64,000 nucleotides of DNA from a virus (taxonomy: Duplodnaviria > Caudoviricetes). Of this stretch, positions 9,351 to 18,641 are shown one piece after another. The translations under genes and the position numbers were made by a program. Each line of letters opens with the position of its first letter. The stretch's first letter is position 1. The notes beneath the pieces were generated by a model. That model searched no databases, was not told where the DNA came from, and saw only the letters and a list, made by a program, of their open reading frames with translations. The DNA is taken from the IMG/VR virus record IMGVR_UViG_3300031555_006395, positions 17,682 through 81,681 of that record; one strand, written 5' to 3'.

Positions 9351-12056
9351 TCAGGCTTTAGCGGAGATTCTTACCTGTCCACCAATTCTTCTCCTGGTGG
9401 CTTCGTTATTGGCTTTATAGAACTTTCGGTGTTTTGTATAACAATCTGGGCAAAGATCTTTTTGTCTGGCCGACGGATATACAGCAAATGTCTTACCACA
9501 CATATGACAAACCGCTTCACCTTTAACTCGTTCTAGATTAGAGATTTGATGATCCAAAGCGACATCACCGAAGCATTCAAAAAACACAGTTTTATTTTTT
9601 GTATTACGTTTCTCAAATAGATAACGCACCAAGACATCAACGATAAAATCGATATCCTTATACTTCTCAACGATCTCTTTACGAATTTGGCCATATACAA
9701 AAGAATAATTATTGCGCTCAGCATCACCGGTATAGAAATAAGATTTTACGGTTCTCGCATATTTTGAATAATCCTCTATCAAACTTTTCGCTAATCGAGT
9801 ATTCATTCTGACTTTAGGATTTTTCATTAATGTTGTGTGATCAAATGGACCGAGAAGATCAGCTGAAAAATAAAACTTATTTTTACCGATAATCCTTCTC
9901 ATTCGATTAACAACACTGTCGTTGATTTGTTCGACCTGACTTTCGGTTTTCCCTTTAGCCTCAACAAAAAACACAGGTAACTTCGACTTACCATAATTAG
10001 CAAACCGCTGTTCAAGCTCCGGCGGGCGAACAGGCTTGTATAACGTCTTGGCGTAATCGATTACGAAGTTATTTTCCATACAAAGAAGTTTAATTATCTC
10101 AAGATCTGGTTCGTTGCTGTTCCAGATCTTCGTTATCTTATTACTGATTTCGCCAATATTACCACCTGTGTATGCAGCAATTAAACCGTTATAAATAACT
10201 GAGGGGGTAATAACCTGAGATCCGGCTTTAGCCATATTGTAAAATAGGGGGACAATACCGTTCATATTACGTTCGGCGACAGACACAAAAGTTTCATCTG
10301 CACATACCAAACTCTTATCGCCATCATTATCGAATTGCAGCATTTTTGATATTAAATCGTGGCAACTTGTATAGATCCCTTTCGTAACAAACCATTTTCT
10401 ATACTCCGCAGCCCTTTCTGTAGCCGCAATATTGGGACGAACAGCATGTTCACGATATAAATGGGGGCTTCTGAGACAATCAAGTTTTGCGTTTTTTCTA
10501 AATAAATCGCAGAAAACCTCGTCATTTTGAAGTAAACCACTTGGGTTTTTCTCGTTTTTAAATAAAAACTGGCAAAAGGCGAACAAATCGGGGATTAAAA
10601 ACGTATAAACGCCTTTAATATCAATTTCACCGGCATAAGACTTACTTTCAATGCTATCACGTAACGACTTTATTACATTAGCAACATATGGATCCTGCAG
10701 GAGTCGCCAATCATTCGACAACATCTGTTGCAAAGGGTTTAATTTTTTCCCTGGCTTAACACCGAAAACATTTAGCATCATCTGATAATCCCGACTGAGG
10801 CGGCAAAGCTTGTCTTTTGTCTTTGCGCAAACTGCAGTTAATTCTTCATCGGTAAAATCAGTTAATGTCTGAATCATCTGATAATTTAGGGTGGCGTAAT
10901 CAAAGTCGTCCTCTTCATTGCATTTGCCAGCTTGACAGTTGTATTGCTCGTAATATTCGATGTACTGTTCCCAGCTCTCATAATACATCCACATTTTAAA
11001 CTGGCTTTTGGTGAAGATAACCTCAATTCCTTCTTCTAAAATGCGATGCTCTTTTCCGTAAATGTCTTTTACAACAACATCTTCTCCGCAATATTCAGAA
11101 ATAAAATGATCGAAAGGGAAGACCGCCAATAGACCTTTTACCCACGGTAAACGAACCATCATATTAACGTTATTTACGCGAGGCAACATCATTCCACACC
11201 CATCGGTATGAGTAATCGGTACGTCCATCATGCGACGTTCTATCCGATATGTCTTATCGTCTATGAAATCCACAAGTCCATTTACATTTGTTTCAAAATC
11301 GTCTACAACAATAGATTTATGTATATCAAAGCTCTCCCACACATCTGTGGCGCTATTACACAACGCAAGATATGCTAAGTACTTATTGACGTTTACTCCG
11401 CCGGCGGCGTTTATTTTATCTAGCGTTAGTCCACACATTAGAGTATTTTGATGTTTTTCCCACAGGCTCTCACGAATAAACACCGTCTTCTTCGTACGAA
11501 TCTGGCCGGCCGATGCTGTTAAGCAAATGTATTTTTCATCCCTCAAATAAAATCCGTTTTCAATAATGTCTTTTAATATAGGGAAATAATAAGCCCTAAC
11601 AATAATAATATCCTCACTTAACTCCCCAGTCTGCATCTGTAACGTACGTGTTAGAAATGATTCGAAAATCGAAACCACATTCGTAACCTTCAAATGGAAC
11701 TCACTAAGTTTTCTTATTTCATGATTCATAGGGAAAAGCTCGAACATTCTCTTCTTTTTACTATTGATACTTGCATTTAAAGCTTTTACAGCTGCCGGTA
11801 TACCATCGACAATTTTTTGAATTTCGTCCGGCGAAGGGAAAGGGTCGTCTTTCATTAAATGCAAACATGCTTTTATTTGCTTCTCTACTCTTTTGGTTGG
11901 TTTCATCTGATACCTTCCCCACAGAGCGGCCAACTCTTTAATACGAGATTTTTCTCCTCGATCTAAACTCATCGAAATCGCAGTATATCTTTCGTCAGCA
12001 GTGTAAAATGCGCTAGTATCAACACTATAGATATTTACCTGTCGATCTAAAGCTAT
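9351..12056 (-). CDS. yonO: YonO-like single-subunit (two-barrel, RdRP-related) RNA polymerase; ATA start
   Basis: Catalytic QFDNDGD, also TDGCG, VRLPWVKG, LRSPH. The frame extends 28 codons upstream of ATG 11972 to ATA 12056 (IALDRQVNIYSVDTSAFY) after an AGGGGCGGAG RBS. Confidence 0.9.
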   Translation of the reverse strand: MALDRQVNIYSVDTSAFYTADERYTAISMSLDRGEKSRIKELAALWGRYQMKPTKRVEKQIKACLHLMKDDPFPSPDEIQKIVDGIPAAVKALNASINSKKKRMFELFPMNHEIRKLSEFHLKVTNVVSIFESFLTRTLQMQTGELSEDIIIVRAYYFPILKDIIENGFYLRDEKYICLTASAGQIRTKKTVFIRESLWEKHQNTLMCGLTLDKINAAGGVNVNKYLAYLALCNSATDVWESFDIHKSIVVDDFETNVNGLVDFIDDKTYRIERRMMDVPITHTDGCGMMLPRVNNVNMMVRLPWVKGLLAVFPFDHFISEYCGEDVVVKDIYGKEHRILEEGIEVIFTKSQFKMWMYYESWEQYIEYYEQYNCQAGKCNEEDDFDYATLNYQMIQTLTDFTDEELTAVCAKTKDKLCRLSRDYQMMLNVFGVKPGKKLNPLQQMLSNDWRLLQDPYVANVIKSLRDSIESKSYAGEIDIKGVYTFLIPDLFAFCQFLFKNEKNPSGLLQNDEVFCDLFRKNAKLDCLRSPHLYREHAVRPNIAATERAAEYRKWFVTKGIYTSCHDLISKMLQFDNDGDKSLVCADETFVSVAERNMNGIVPLFYNMAKAGSQVITPSVIYNGLIAAYTGGNIGEISNKITKIWNSNEPDLEIIKLLCMENNFVIDYAKTLYKPVRPPELEQRFANYGKSKLPVFFVEAKGKTESQVEQINDSVVNRMRRIIGKNKFYFSADLLGPFDHTTLMKNPKVRMNTRLAKSLIEDYSKYARTVKSYFYTGDAERNNYSFVYGQIRKEIVEKYKDIDFIVDVLVRYLFEKRNTKNKTVFFECFGDVALDHQISNLERVKGEAVCHMCGKTFAVYPSARQKDLCPDCYTKHRKFYKANNEATRRRIGGQVRISAKA

Positions 12057-12070
12057 TGTTCTCCGCCCCT

Positions 12071-12250
12071 TTACATAAAGCTAACAGAACAATAATCATC
12101 GATCATCTCGATTAATGTATCCATACAATCAGGGCAAAGGTTCAGCTGATATATATTTCCATCGTAACGACTGCCATAAGGCATCTGAAACTCAATCTCG
12201 GTTACGGTATATTCTTTATGTGCTTTTCCGCACAGGTTACATACTTTCAA
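12071..12250 (-). CDS. small zinc-binding protein
   Basis: Not in ORF track (59 aa); TTG start after GGAG; CNLCGK...PYGSRYDG...LCPDC. Confidence 0.7.
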   Translation of the reverse strand: MKVCNLCGKAHKEYTVTEIEFQMPYGSRYDGNIYQLNLCPDCMDTLIEMIDDYCSVSFM

Positions 12251-12682
12251 TTAACTCTCTCCATTATTTAAATCTATTTGTTCATGGGCAAACCCATCCG
12301 GTGTCGAATAAAAAATGTTTTTGATCCCCAAGTCAGATATGGCTTTCATGCATCCTGCGCAGGGGCGAGCGTAAGATCTGTCGCCATTCTTTAATTTCCT
12401 ATACACATATATTTCCGCTTTACTCCAATCGACATCTAAATGTTTGGCGGAAGATATGGCGGCAATTTCTGCGTGTAAGGAATGGGGGGTAGTGTCATAC
12501 TCTTCAAAGCATCTACAGCGATTGTAAGCTTTTTGGAGTGGGGAAGTTTTGTGGGAGTTAAACCCAGTGGCAATGACATTTTTCCCGTAGCCAATTACAC
12601 ATCCAACATGTGTACGTCCATAATCGGACAAATCCGACATTTTGTCGGCGAATTTAAAAAAACGTTTTCTTCTACTGTTCAC
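12251..12682 (-). CDS. cytidine/deoxycytidylate deaminase-family protein
   Basis: HAE and PCAGC zinc-binding motifs. Confidence 0.85.
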   Translation of the reverse strand: MNSRRKRFFKFADKMSDLSDYGRTHVGCVIGYGKNVIATGFNSHKTSPLQKAYNRCRCFEEYDTTPHSLHAEIAAISSAKHLDVDWSKAEIYVYRKLKNGDRSYARPCAGCMKAISDLGIKNIFYSTPDGFAHEQIDLNNGES

Positions 12683-13001
12683 AAATTCTAATTAGTTGGT
12701 AGCCTGTACTGTGTTTTAGTACGCAGCAGGGTATAAACTGTAAAACATCAAGCATTGCTCTGACTGATGAAATAAAAACGCATCCGGTGTCATATAAACA
12801 ATCGACAGCATCGAATACTGACAAATAATGATAGTACGCAATTTCATTTAAACTATCGAGATAGTAAAGAGAGGAAGGATCCTCATTTGATATACAACGC
12901 CAAGATTCTAATAATACCTTAATTTCATTGTCATTTACAGGCTCATACCGCTCTCCTTGTTCACCTCCATCCGTGGTTGGTAAAACCGAATTTTTACTGA
13001 T
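12672..13001 (-). CDS. hypothetical protein; probable ATC start
   Basis: The promoter at 13030-58 lies over the ORF-track start; RBS AAGGAGGTG is followed by in-frame ATC at 13001. Confidence 0.5.
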   Translation of the reverse strand: MSKNSVLPTTDGGEQGERYEPVNDNEIKVLLESWRCISNEDPSSLYYLDSLNEIAYYHYLSVFDAVDCLYDTGCVFISSVRAMLDVLQFIPCCVLKHSTGYQLIRICEQ

Positions 13002-13029
13002 TGTGGTCACCTCCTTTAGGGACAATCTT

Positions 13030-13058
13030 ATTATAGACAATTGTTAAAATATTGTCAA
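13030..13058 (-). promoter_or_regulatory. consensus sigma-A promoter for the deaminase-RNAP operon
   Basis: TTGACA-17 nt-TATAAT on the minus strand. Confidence 0.85.
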
Positions 13059-13071
13059 TAATACAGAAACC

Positions 13072-13881
13072 CTACATCTTTTTCCTAGTTGTTTGAGCAA
13101 AATTTTCATTGATTTTATAAACGGTTCTACGCCCCACCTTCTCCTCGATCAATATCGGATATTCGCATCCATCATAAAAAAACACAACCTTTTTCAGATT
13201 ATCTATCAAAATATCTGGATTTTTCTCATTACTTTGAAGTAATAATGAAATCTGTTTTTTAGTTAATGGCCGGCATGAGTTAAACAGGGGTTCTTCAACA
13301 TTATTACATAGCAAGTTGTTATTGGAATTTAAATAAGGAAGTAGTCGAATTATATATGCTGCGTATACCAAAGAATTTTTACTACCCAAAATTAAAGATC
13401 TTACCGAGAGTGAATATAGCTTAATGATTCGACAATCAGCACTTCGCTGCTCCTTCTTAACCCTACCTTTCATAAAATACTTCTTTATCTTAATAACGCT
13501 TGAGAATTGGGACGTTTCTACGATTCCTTTACTGGATAACTCCCGCAGTATTTGATACGCTCTTCCTTCTGTGATATTGAGCATCTTACTCAATTTAGCC
13601 TTTGTGCATACACCATCTGCGCCTATCGTTTGATTGTAATTTACATAAGAGCCCAATACCATTGTCCTGGTTAATAGGGTGGGGGTTAGCTCTGGCATCA
13701 ACGGTGTAGCCGGTAGGCATTCAAGCCAAAAGAATTGACGGTTTTTATTTTTGAGAAAAGCCCTGGTGTTTTCATTAATTACTTTTCTATCCGGAACGCG
13801 ATCGGTTGTTCCGATTACTTCCCCATCAGTATTCACAATGTAGAATATGTTTTGTTTTTCAGTTTTCACTTTTTCCTCCAT
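13072..13881 (-). CDS. winged-HTH DNA-binding protein (possible replication or regulatory protein)
   Basis: TKAKLSKMLNITEGRAYQILRELSSKGIV HTH and a second HTH-like C-terminal segment. Confidence 0.55.
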   Translation of the reverse strand: MEEKVKTEKQNIFYIVNTDGEVIGTTDRVPDRKVINENTRAFLKNKNRQFFWLECLPATPLMPELTPTLLTRTMVLGSYVNYNQTIGADGVCTKAKLSKMLNITEGRAYQILRELSSKGIVETSQFSSVIKIKKYFMKGRVKKEQRSADCRIIKLYSLSVRSLILGSKNSLVYAAYIIRLLPYLNSNNNLLCNNVEEPLFNSCRPLTKKQISLLLQSNEKNPDILIDNLKKVVFFYDGCEYPILIEEKVGRRTVYKINENFAQTTRKKM

Positions 13882-13904
13882 TAGAGCAAATTACAAACGT
13901 ATTA

Positions 13905-13962
13905 TTTTCAAAAAATACCGAAAAACCGCATCAGAATGCCATTTTTTAAGGTTTTTTGAAAA
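13905..13962. repeat. 11-bp inverted repeat in an A-tract region
   Basis: TTTTCAAAAAA (13905-15)/TTTTTTGAAAA (13952-62). Confidence 0.65.
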
Positions 13963-14202
13963 ACAAAAACTCAAAAAAATATTTTGACTTAATTTCCCTA
14001 TAGTTATTGGGTCTAGAAGGCAAAATGTCCAAAATGTAGTTCATTATATTCTTATGGAAAAAACTTGCCACTGGCAACTTTTTCCCAAAGCATATAATGC
14101 CTATAGTTACTGGGATGAAATAATGGTTAGCTTCAGCTATCGCTTCGCCTCGGAGCAAAAGAGTATCGTTTTTTAAAATTTAAAAAAAAAGAAAAAGCAA
14201 AC

Positions 14203-14452
14203 GAGCGTCAGCGAAGTGCGCAGAGCGCCAGCGCTACTAACTATTAGTATCGTTAAACTTTTGTGTATCGGCTGGCTATTTATAGAGCGACGCCTATACA
14301 CACATTAATAGAATTTCAGTCAGGCGACAGTTTATAGCTAGTACAGGATTTTTTTATTTTTTTAGGCTTGAGATCGCCACAGGATTCCTCGGAGTTGGTT
14401 GCAATCAGATCGAAAGCCGCGCTGTCGCCGAGCTCCGCCAAAGGCGTCGCTC
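14203..14452. repeat. GC-rich direct and nested inverted repeats (origin/att-like)
   Basis: GAGCGYCAGCG at 14203 and 14223; GAGCGACGCCT (14285-95)/AGGCGTCGCTC (14442-52); GGCGACAG (14323-30)/CTGTCGCC (14422-29). Confidence 0.7.
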
Positions 14453-14461
14453 ATTATTATA

Positions 14462-15337
14462 TTATTTTTTAATTTGATTAAGCTTAGCTGATACGTATTG
14501 GCTAAGAACTTCAAATCCAAGGTTATGATTCAGATATACAGATTTAATGACATCATTGGTGTAGCCGGCATATCTCAAAGTAATATCTGCTTTGGAATGA
14601 CCAAAGATCTTTTGGAGGAGTTCAACGCTGTTGTAATGCTTTTCGAGGCCATCTACGGTATTAGCATTAGCAAGTACATGATATCCAAAAGTCTTTCTGA
14701 AACAGTGGGTACCAAATCTTCCTTCAATATTTAACTTGTACGCAGCCTTTTTAATAACATCTTCAGCAGCTCTTCTTGTCATTGGCTTTTGGATTGTAAC
14801 AGTATTGCCATTCGGATCCTCAAAATCAATTGTGGGTGCATTCTTACTTTCACTTACAAACAGGTAATCATCATAGCTTTTACCGTTTGTATTAGACAGA
14901 TAAATCTGAATGGCGAGTTTGGCTGCCTTATTAATGTAAACATGCCGGTTGGTTGTATGTTTACGAGTATTTGCGGTTTTACGCTCGACCAGGACGAGCT
15001 TCTCTCTAAACTGTTTAGTTTGAGGGTCAATAACGTCTTTAAATCGAATATTTGATAAATCAGAGAAGCGAAGTCCGAAATTGATTCCTAAGACCAGGAG
15101 CATCATATTCCGGTACTGGCCATTAGAAAGAAAATAAGAGATCAGACTGTTAATATCAGAAACGTTTTTAATGGGAGTAGCATCGTGCTCTTCAGCTGCT
15201 TCTAACGGATCATAAATAAGGGAAGGGGAGAGATTTGATTGAGAGTCTTGTAAAAGCGTTAACGGATCAAACCCTTTGGCGGCCGCCATTTGAGAGAAAA
15301 GATCTAAAAAGACCGGACTATACGTAAATGTATTCAT
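14462..15337 (-). CDS. tyrosine recombinase (catalytic-domain type)
   Basis: GINFGLRFSDL, GTHCFRKTFGY, FGHS, TLRYAG. Confidence 0.9.
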   Translation of the reverse strand: MNTFTYSPVFLDLFSQMAAAKGFDPLTLLQDSQSNLSPSLIYDPLEAAEEHDATPIKNVSDINSLISYFLSNGQYRNMMLLVLGINFGLRFSDLSNIRFKDVIDPQTKQFREKLVLVERKTANTRKHTTNRHVYINKAAKLAIQIYLSNTNGKSYDDYLFVSESKNAPTIDFEDPNGNTVTIQKPMTRRAAEDVIKKAAYKLNIEGRFGTHCFRKTFGYHVLANANTVDGLEKHYNSVELLQKIFGHSKADITLRYAGYTNDVIKSVYLNHNLGFEVLSQYVSAKLNQIKK

Positions 15338-15375
15338 AATTAACCTCCATTAATTTTATTTTTCATTGTAGAAAA

Positions 15376-15404
15376 ATTATACCATGGAGACCAAATTCTG
15401 TTAA
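15376..15404 (-). promoter_or_regulatory. sigma-A promoter for the recombinase
   Basis: TTAACA-17 nt-TATAAT with TG extension. Confidence 0.7.
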
Positions 15405-15803
15405 GAGTTTAGAAAGGTTGAAGTTTAGGAAGTTAATTGTGGACCAGGATGCAGAAGTTAAGGAGAGAGCAGAAGAATAAAAAGAGAGAAAGGGTAGGGT
15501 AGAAATGAAAAATGACGTATAGGAAAATTTGGCGACATATCCTATTTCTAAAAAAGACGAATTGTCAAAAAATGTAAAATACGCCCGTCTTTATCGCTTT
15601 AGCACTTTAGCGCAGTAACTTCCGCATTTGGGGGAAGAGGATGTCTGGCACATGTCCAAAGCGTGTCAGACAAACCGCTGTAAAATTTTGGCAAAATGGG
15701 AAAAGTTGGAAAAAATGAAAAATGGCTTTCAACGATAGTAAATATGTTTACTAAAGCCAGAAAATGTGGTTTTTGATACTATATTTGATAGTCCTGGACA
15801 CTA

Positions 15804-15992
15804 TCATTCCCAGTTTATTTCACCATTTAAATCTTTCTTTACCAATTTCTGGAAATACGCTGCCATACTCAAATCAAGTTCCTTTGCACGACTCTGAATA
15901 GCCTCTTTTTGTCCTTTTTTGACTCTGAAACGTATTTCTTCTAAAAATTTTTTCTGATATTCAATGGTATATTTTGTGCTATCAAACGGCAT
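15804..15992 (-). CDS. Arc/ribbon-helix-helix DNA-binding protein
   Basis: EEIRFRVKKGQKEAIQSRAKELDLSMAAYFQKLV pattern; RBS AGAGGTG. Confidence 0.7.
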   Translation of the reverse strand: MPFDSTKYTIEYQKKFLEEIRFRVKKGQKEAIQSRAKELDLSMAAYFQKLVKKDLNGEINWE

Positions 15993-16070
15993 TTTCTCAC
16001 CTCTACCACTATATATTGTATAGTCAATATTGTTCGTTATAAAAATATCAATTTGTTACCATTCTGTAAC

Positions 16071-16099
16071 TTTACAATAGCGCACTATGGGTATATACT
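16071..16099 (+). promoter_or_regulatory. main early sigma-A promoter
   Basis: TTTACA-17 nt-TATACT; palindrome GTTAC-N6-GTAAC (16055-70) abuts the -35. Confidence 0.8.
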
Positions 16100-16229
16100 G
16101 TAATCACAGGGAACGGTAGAGCGGTCGCCGCTGCACAGCATAGACCGAAAGCAAGTTCCTCACCCAATATCCGAAACCTCTCCAAGCGGTCGGTGTGCCC
16201 GTAAAGCTTGCGACGTAGTCACCCTCTAT

Positions 16230-16246
16230 CACCTTGAAAACTGAAC
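16230..16246 (+). promoter_or_regulatory. boxA-like antitermination site
   Basis: CACCTTGAAAACTGAAC resembles Firmicutes rrn boxA; TGAAAACTGAA recurs at 17364. Confidence 0.55.
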
Positions 16247-16651
16247 ACAATCCGCCATTGTGATATCGCCGTGATTGCGGGTTTAGATTCCGTCTGACAA
16301 GCGGATAAACGGCAAACGGTTTAAGGGTTTAACCGCCGGCTTACAGTAAAGGACAAGTGTCTGAGCATGGAAAAAACCCGCTGTATGCGAAACGTCTAAA
16401 AAATGACGATGCCTTGCAGACTCTGCAAATTTGCAAGGATAAGGCGGAACTGTGGACGGCAGCAGGACAACGCAAAAGGAAAGTCAGGCGGACCATGCCG
16501 GAAAGGAGTGATAAAATTTGCAGTAAAAGCATAGGTTCACACCCGCTTGAATTTTGCGTTTTAGTGTGCATCGACCAAGCGCACAAGGGACTTGTGCGTT
16601 TGGATGGGTGCATACCCAAATTATATTCAAAAAATGAAAGGATGTCAAATC

Positions 16652-17194
16652 ATGAAAGCAAATTTTAACGAGAAAACTATGTCCGCCATTCTGTCCGTAT
16701 CCGCCGAGAATTACAAAGGCTTTTCTAAAGCCGAGGACTTAAAGCCTATGCTGAAAGCTGCCCGCAAATTGTGGGAACAAGGTCTCCGTCTGGCAACTGC
16801 GAAACCCGACAAAGCAGACGCCATGTATGAACGTTTCACCGAAAAAGCCGCCGCATTTTTCGAAACCGTCTGCGATTCTGTCACCCTGTCGCCGGTGGAT
16901 TATGTATCCATTTATTCTCTCATGGGCATCCGTTTTGGAACGTCTAAAGGCGAAGGCGCGCTGCGGTACAATTCCGAATCCACGTTCAAAAAGTCTATCA
17001 TGGAATACACCTTACGTGCATACGCCGGCGATTCTATGGTATCGGTGAAAGAGTCTGACCAGAAAAAACTGGATGGCAAAAAAGCAAAAGACTGCAAGTC
17101 CGTCAGAATCCCCATGGAAGAAGTGCTGCGGTTCCAGAATATGACCATCGAAGAAAAAGCTGCCTTCATGGACAAATATTTCACCGCTGCCTAA
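16652..17194 (+). CDS. first early gene, unknown function
   Basis: RBS AAAGGA, ATG 16652; Ala/Lys-rich with strongly biased codons; hairpin at 17208-26 follows. Confidence 0.8.
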   Translation: MKANFNEKTMSAILSVSAENYKGFSKAEDLKPMLKAARKLWEQGLRLATAKPDKADAMYERFTEKAAAFFETVCDSVTLSPVDYVSIYSLMGIRFGTSKGEGALRYNSESTFKKSIMEYTLRAYAGDSMVSVKESDQKKLDGKKAKDCKSVRIPMEEVLRFQNMTIEEKAAFMDKYFTAA

Positions 17195-17453
17195 TCATCA
17201 ATCAAATTGCAGGGCTTGTCCCTGCATGGACTCATGCAAAAGCCTCCACGTGGCGAGTCTGGATATCCAACTAATTTTGCAAATAAAGCAGTCCCAATGT
17301 CAAAATGGGCATCGAATCAATTTGGATTCCATATGTTTTTGGACTTAGACGGCGGCGCTGCGATGAAAACTGAATAGGGTTCTGAACGGCATCCCGATAA
17401 AAGCCGTATCCCATGGCGCACAATGTTGCGCCTATTATTTTGTCAAAGGAGAT

Positions 17454-18032
17454 ATGAAAATGAAAAGAGTAGTCAAAGCTATGATTTTCCGCAACGTCAA
17501 TATTCATCAGGAGAATCTCGCTGCATACGCAACCGTTCTGTCTGTCTGTGATGAAGAGGATATCAAAAGCGCAGGCTATATCCCTATGAATACCCATGCA
17601 AACGGGCATCCGTATGAATCTGGATTGCTGGAATATCACTTTATTGCGCCGAGATCCTGCAATGCCGTCAACGGATTGAATTTGGAGCATATCCCTGCGA
17701 AATCTGTCGGCATCACCCTGGCTAACTATGAATCTATGTTGCGGTACTATGGATATGAATTTGTGTGTACTGTTAAAGGTGCGCATGGGAAAAGTATCAG
17801 CACTGCGGCTGAGACAGCGATGCAAATGATTTGGGGAATCCTTCAGGCTTTTCGAATGAAGAAACGCCCTGAATATGAAATCGCTATCACCGATAGCATG
17901 ACCGGCGAAGTTTACTTTACCATCAACAGATGGTTTGAGTCTCGCCATGATGCAGAATGTTTCTGCGCACAGCATGATTTCAGATGGATGTACGGCGATA
18001 TCTGCTGCGATATGAATATCGTTCGCAAATAA
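17454..18032 (+). CDS. hypothetical protein
   Basis: 192 aa ORF with RBS AAAGGAG. Confidence 0.75.
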   Translation: MKMKRVVKAMIFRNVNIHQENLAAYATVLSVCDEEDIKSAGYIPMNTHANGHPYESGLLEYHFIAPRSCNAVNGLNLEHIPAKSVGITLANYESMLRYYGYEFVCTVKGAHGKSISTAAETAMQMIWGILQAFRMKKRPEYEIAITDSMTGEVYFTINRWFESRHDAECFCAQHDFRWMYGDICCDMNIVRK

Positions 18033-18108
18033 TGCTATGCTTGCGCATTGAAAATGAATTGCTATTGATTCTGGCCAGGACTGGAACTCATAGCGATCTT
18101 TTCCGATG

Positions 18109-18133
18109 AGACCTGAGAAATCAGGTCTTTTTT
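18109..18133 (+). terminator. intrinsic terminator
   Basis: AGACCTGA-GAAA-TCAGGTCT followed by a T tract. Confidence 0.8.
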
Positions 18134-18192
18134 ATTGTCATCAAAGGCTCTGCGTTTCTGGAGCCTTGAAAATATCAAAGGAGTGTATCAAA

Positions 18193-18372
18193 ATGAAAAT
18201 GATTCAAAAACTCATGGGTCTTGCTCTGATTGCTATGGGCGCAGCCGTTGTCGCTATGGCTATGACTTCGCCGTGTAAATGCCCTGACTGCACCGATGTA
18301 ACCGCAGCCATTATGTTGATTCCTATGGGCATCTGGCTGTTGACCAGTCGCAAGATTCTGATTCATCTGTAA
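18193..18372 (+). CDS. small two-TM membrane protein
   Basis: RBS AAGGAG; two hydrophobic segments. Confidence 0.7.
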   Translation: MKMIQKLMGLALIAMGAAVVAMAMTSPCKCPDCTDVTAAIMLIPMGIWLLTSRKILIHL

Positions 18373-18596
18373 TGAAAATGAAATTGAAAGGCGTGATGAA
18401 AACGAAAGTGTATTTTATGATGGCTTTGTATTGCATCTATCATAATGGCGGTATGTTTTTGGATAAGAATAAAAGAGGACCCGCCATGATTGAAAAAGCT
18501 TTGCATGAAACAGCCGAAGAAATGCATACTACCTATGAAAATGTATGCGCTATGATTCCCGTCAAAGAGCGGTATGAAATCCTTATGAGTATCTAA
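18372..18596 (+). CDS. hypothetical protein
   Basis: Stop-start overlap with the previous ORF. Confidence 0.6.
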   Translation: MKMKLKGVMKTKVYFMMALYCIYHNGGMFLDKNKRGPAMIEKALHETAEEMHTTYENVCAMIPVKERYEILMSI

Positions 18597-18641
18597 CTCA
18601 ATCAACCGCTAAAATACATATGAAAAAAGGAGCAAAAAATT

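Noticed and set aside
16341-16668. ORFs 16357+ (103 aa) and 16341- in the early leader
   Set aside because: They overlap strong RNA hairpins and have no family motif. 16357 has a possible RBS, so it is not fully excluded but is unsupported
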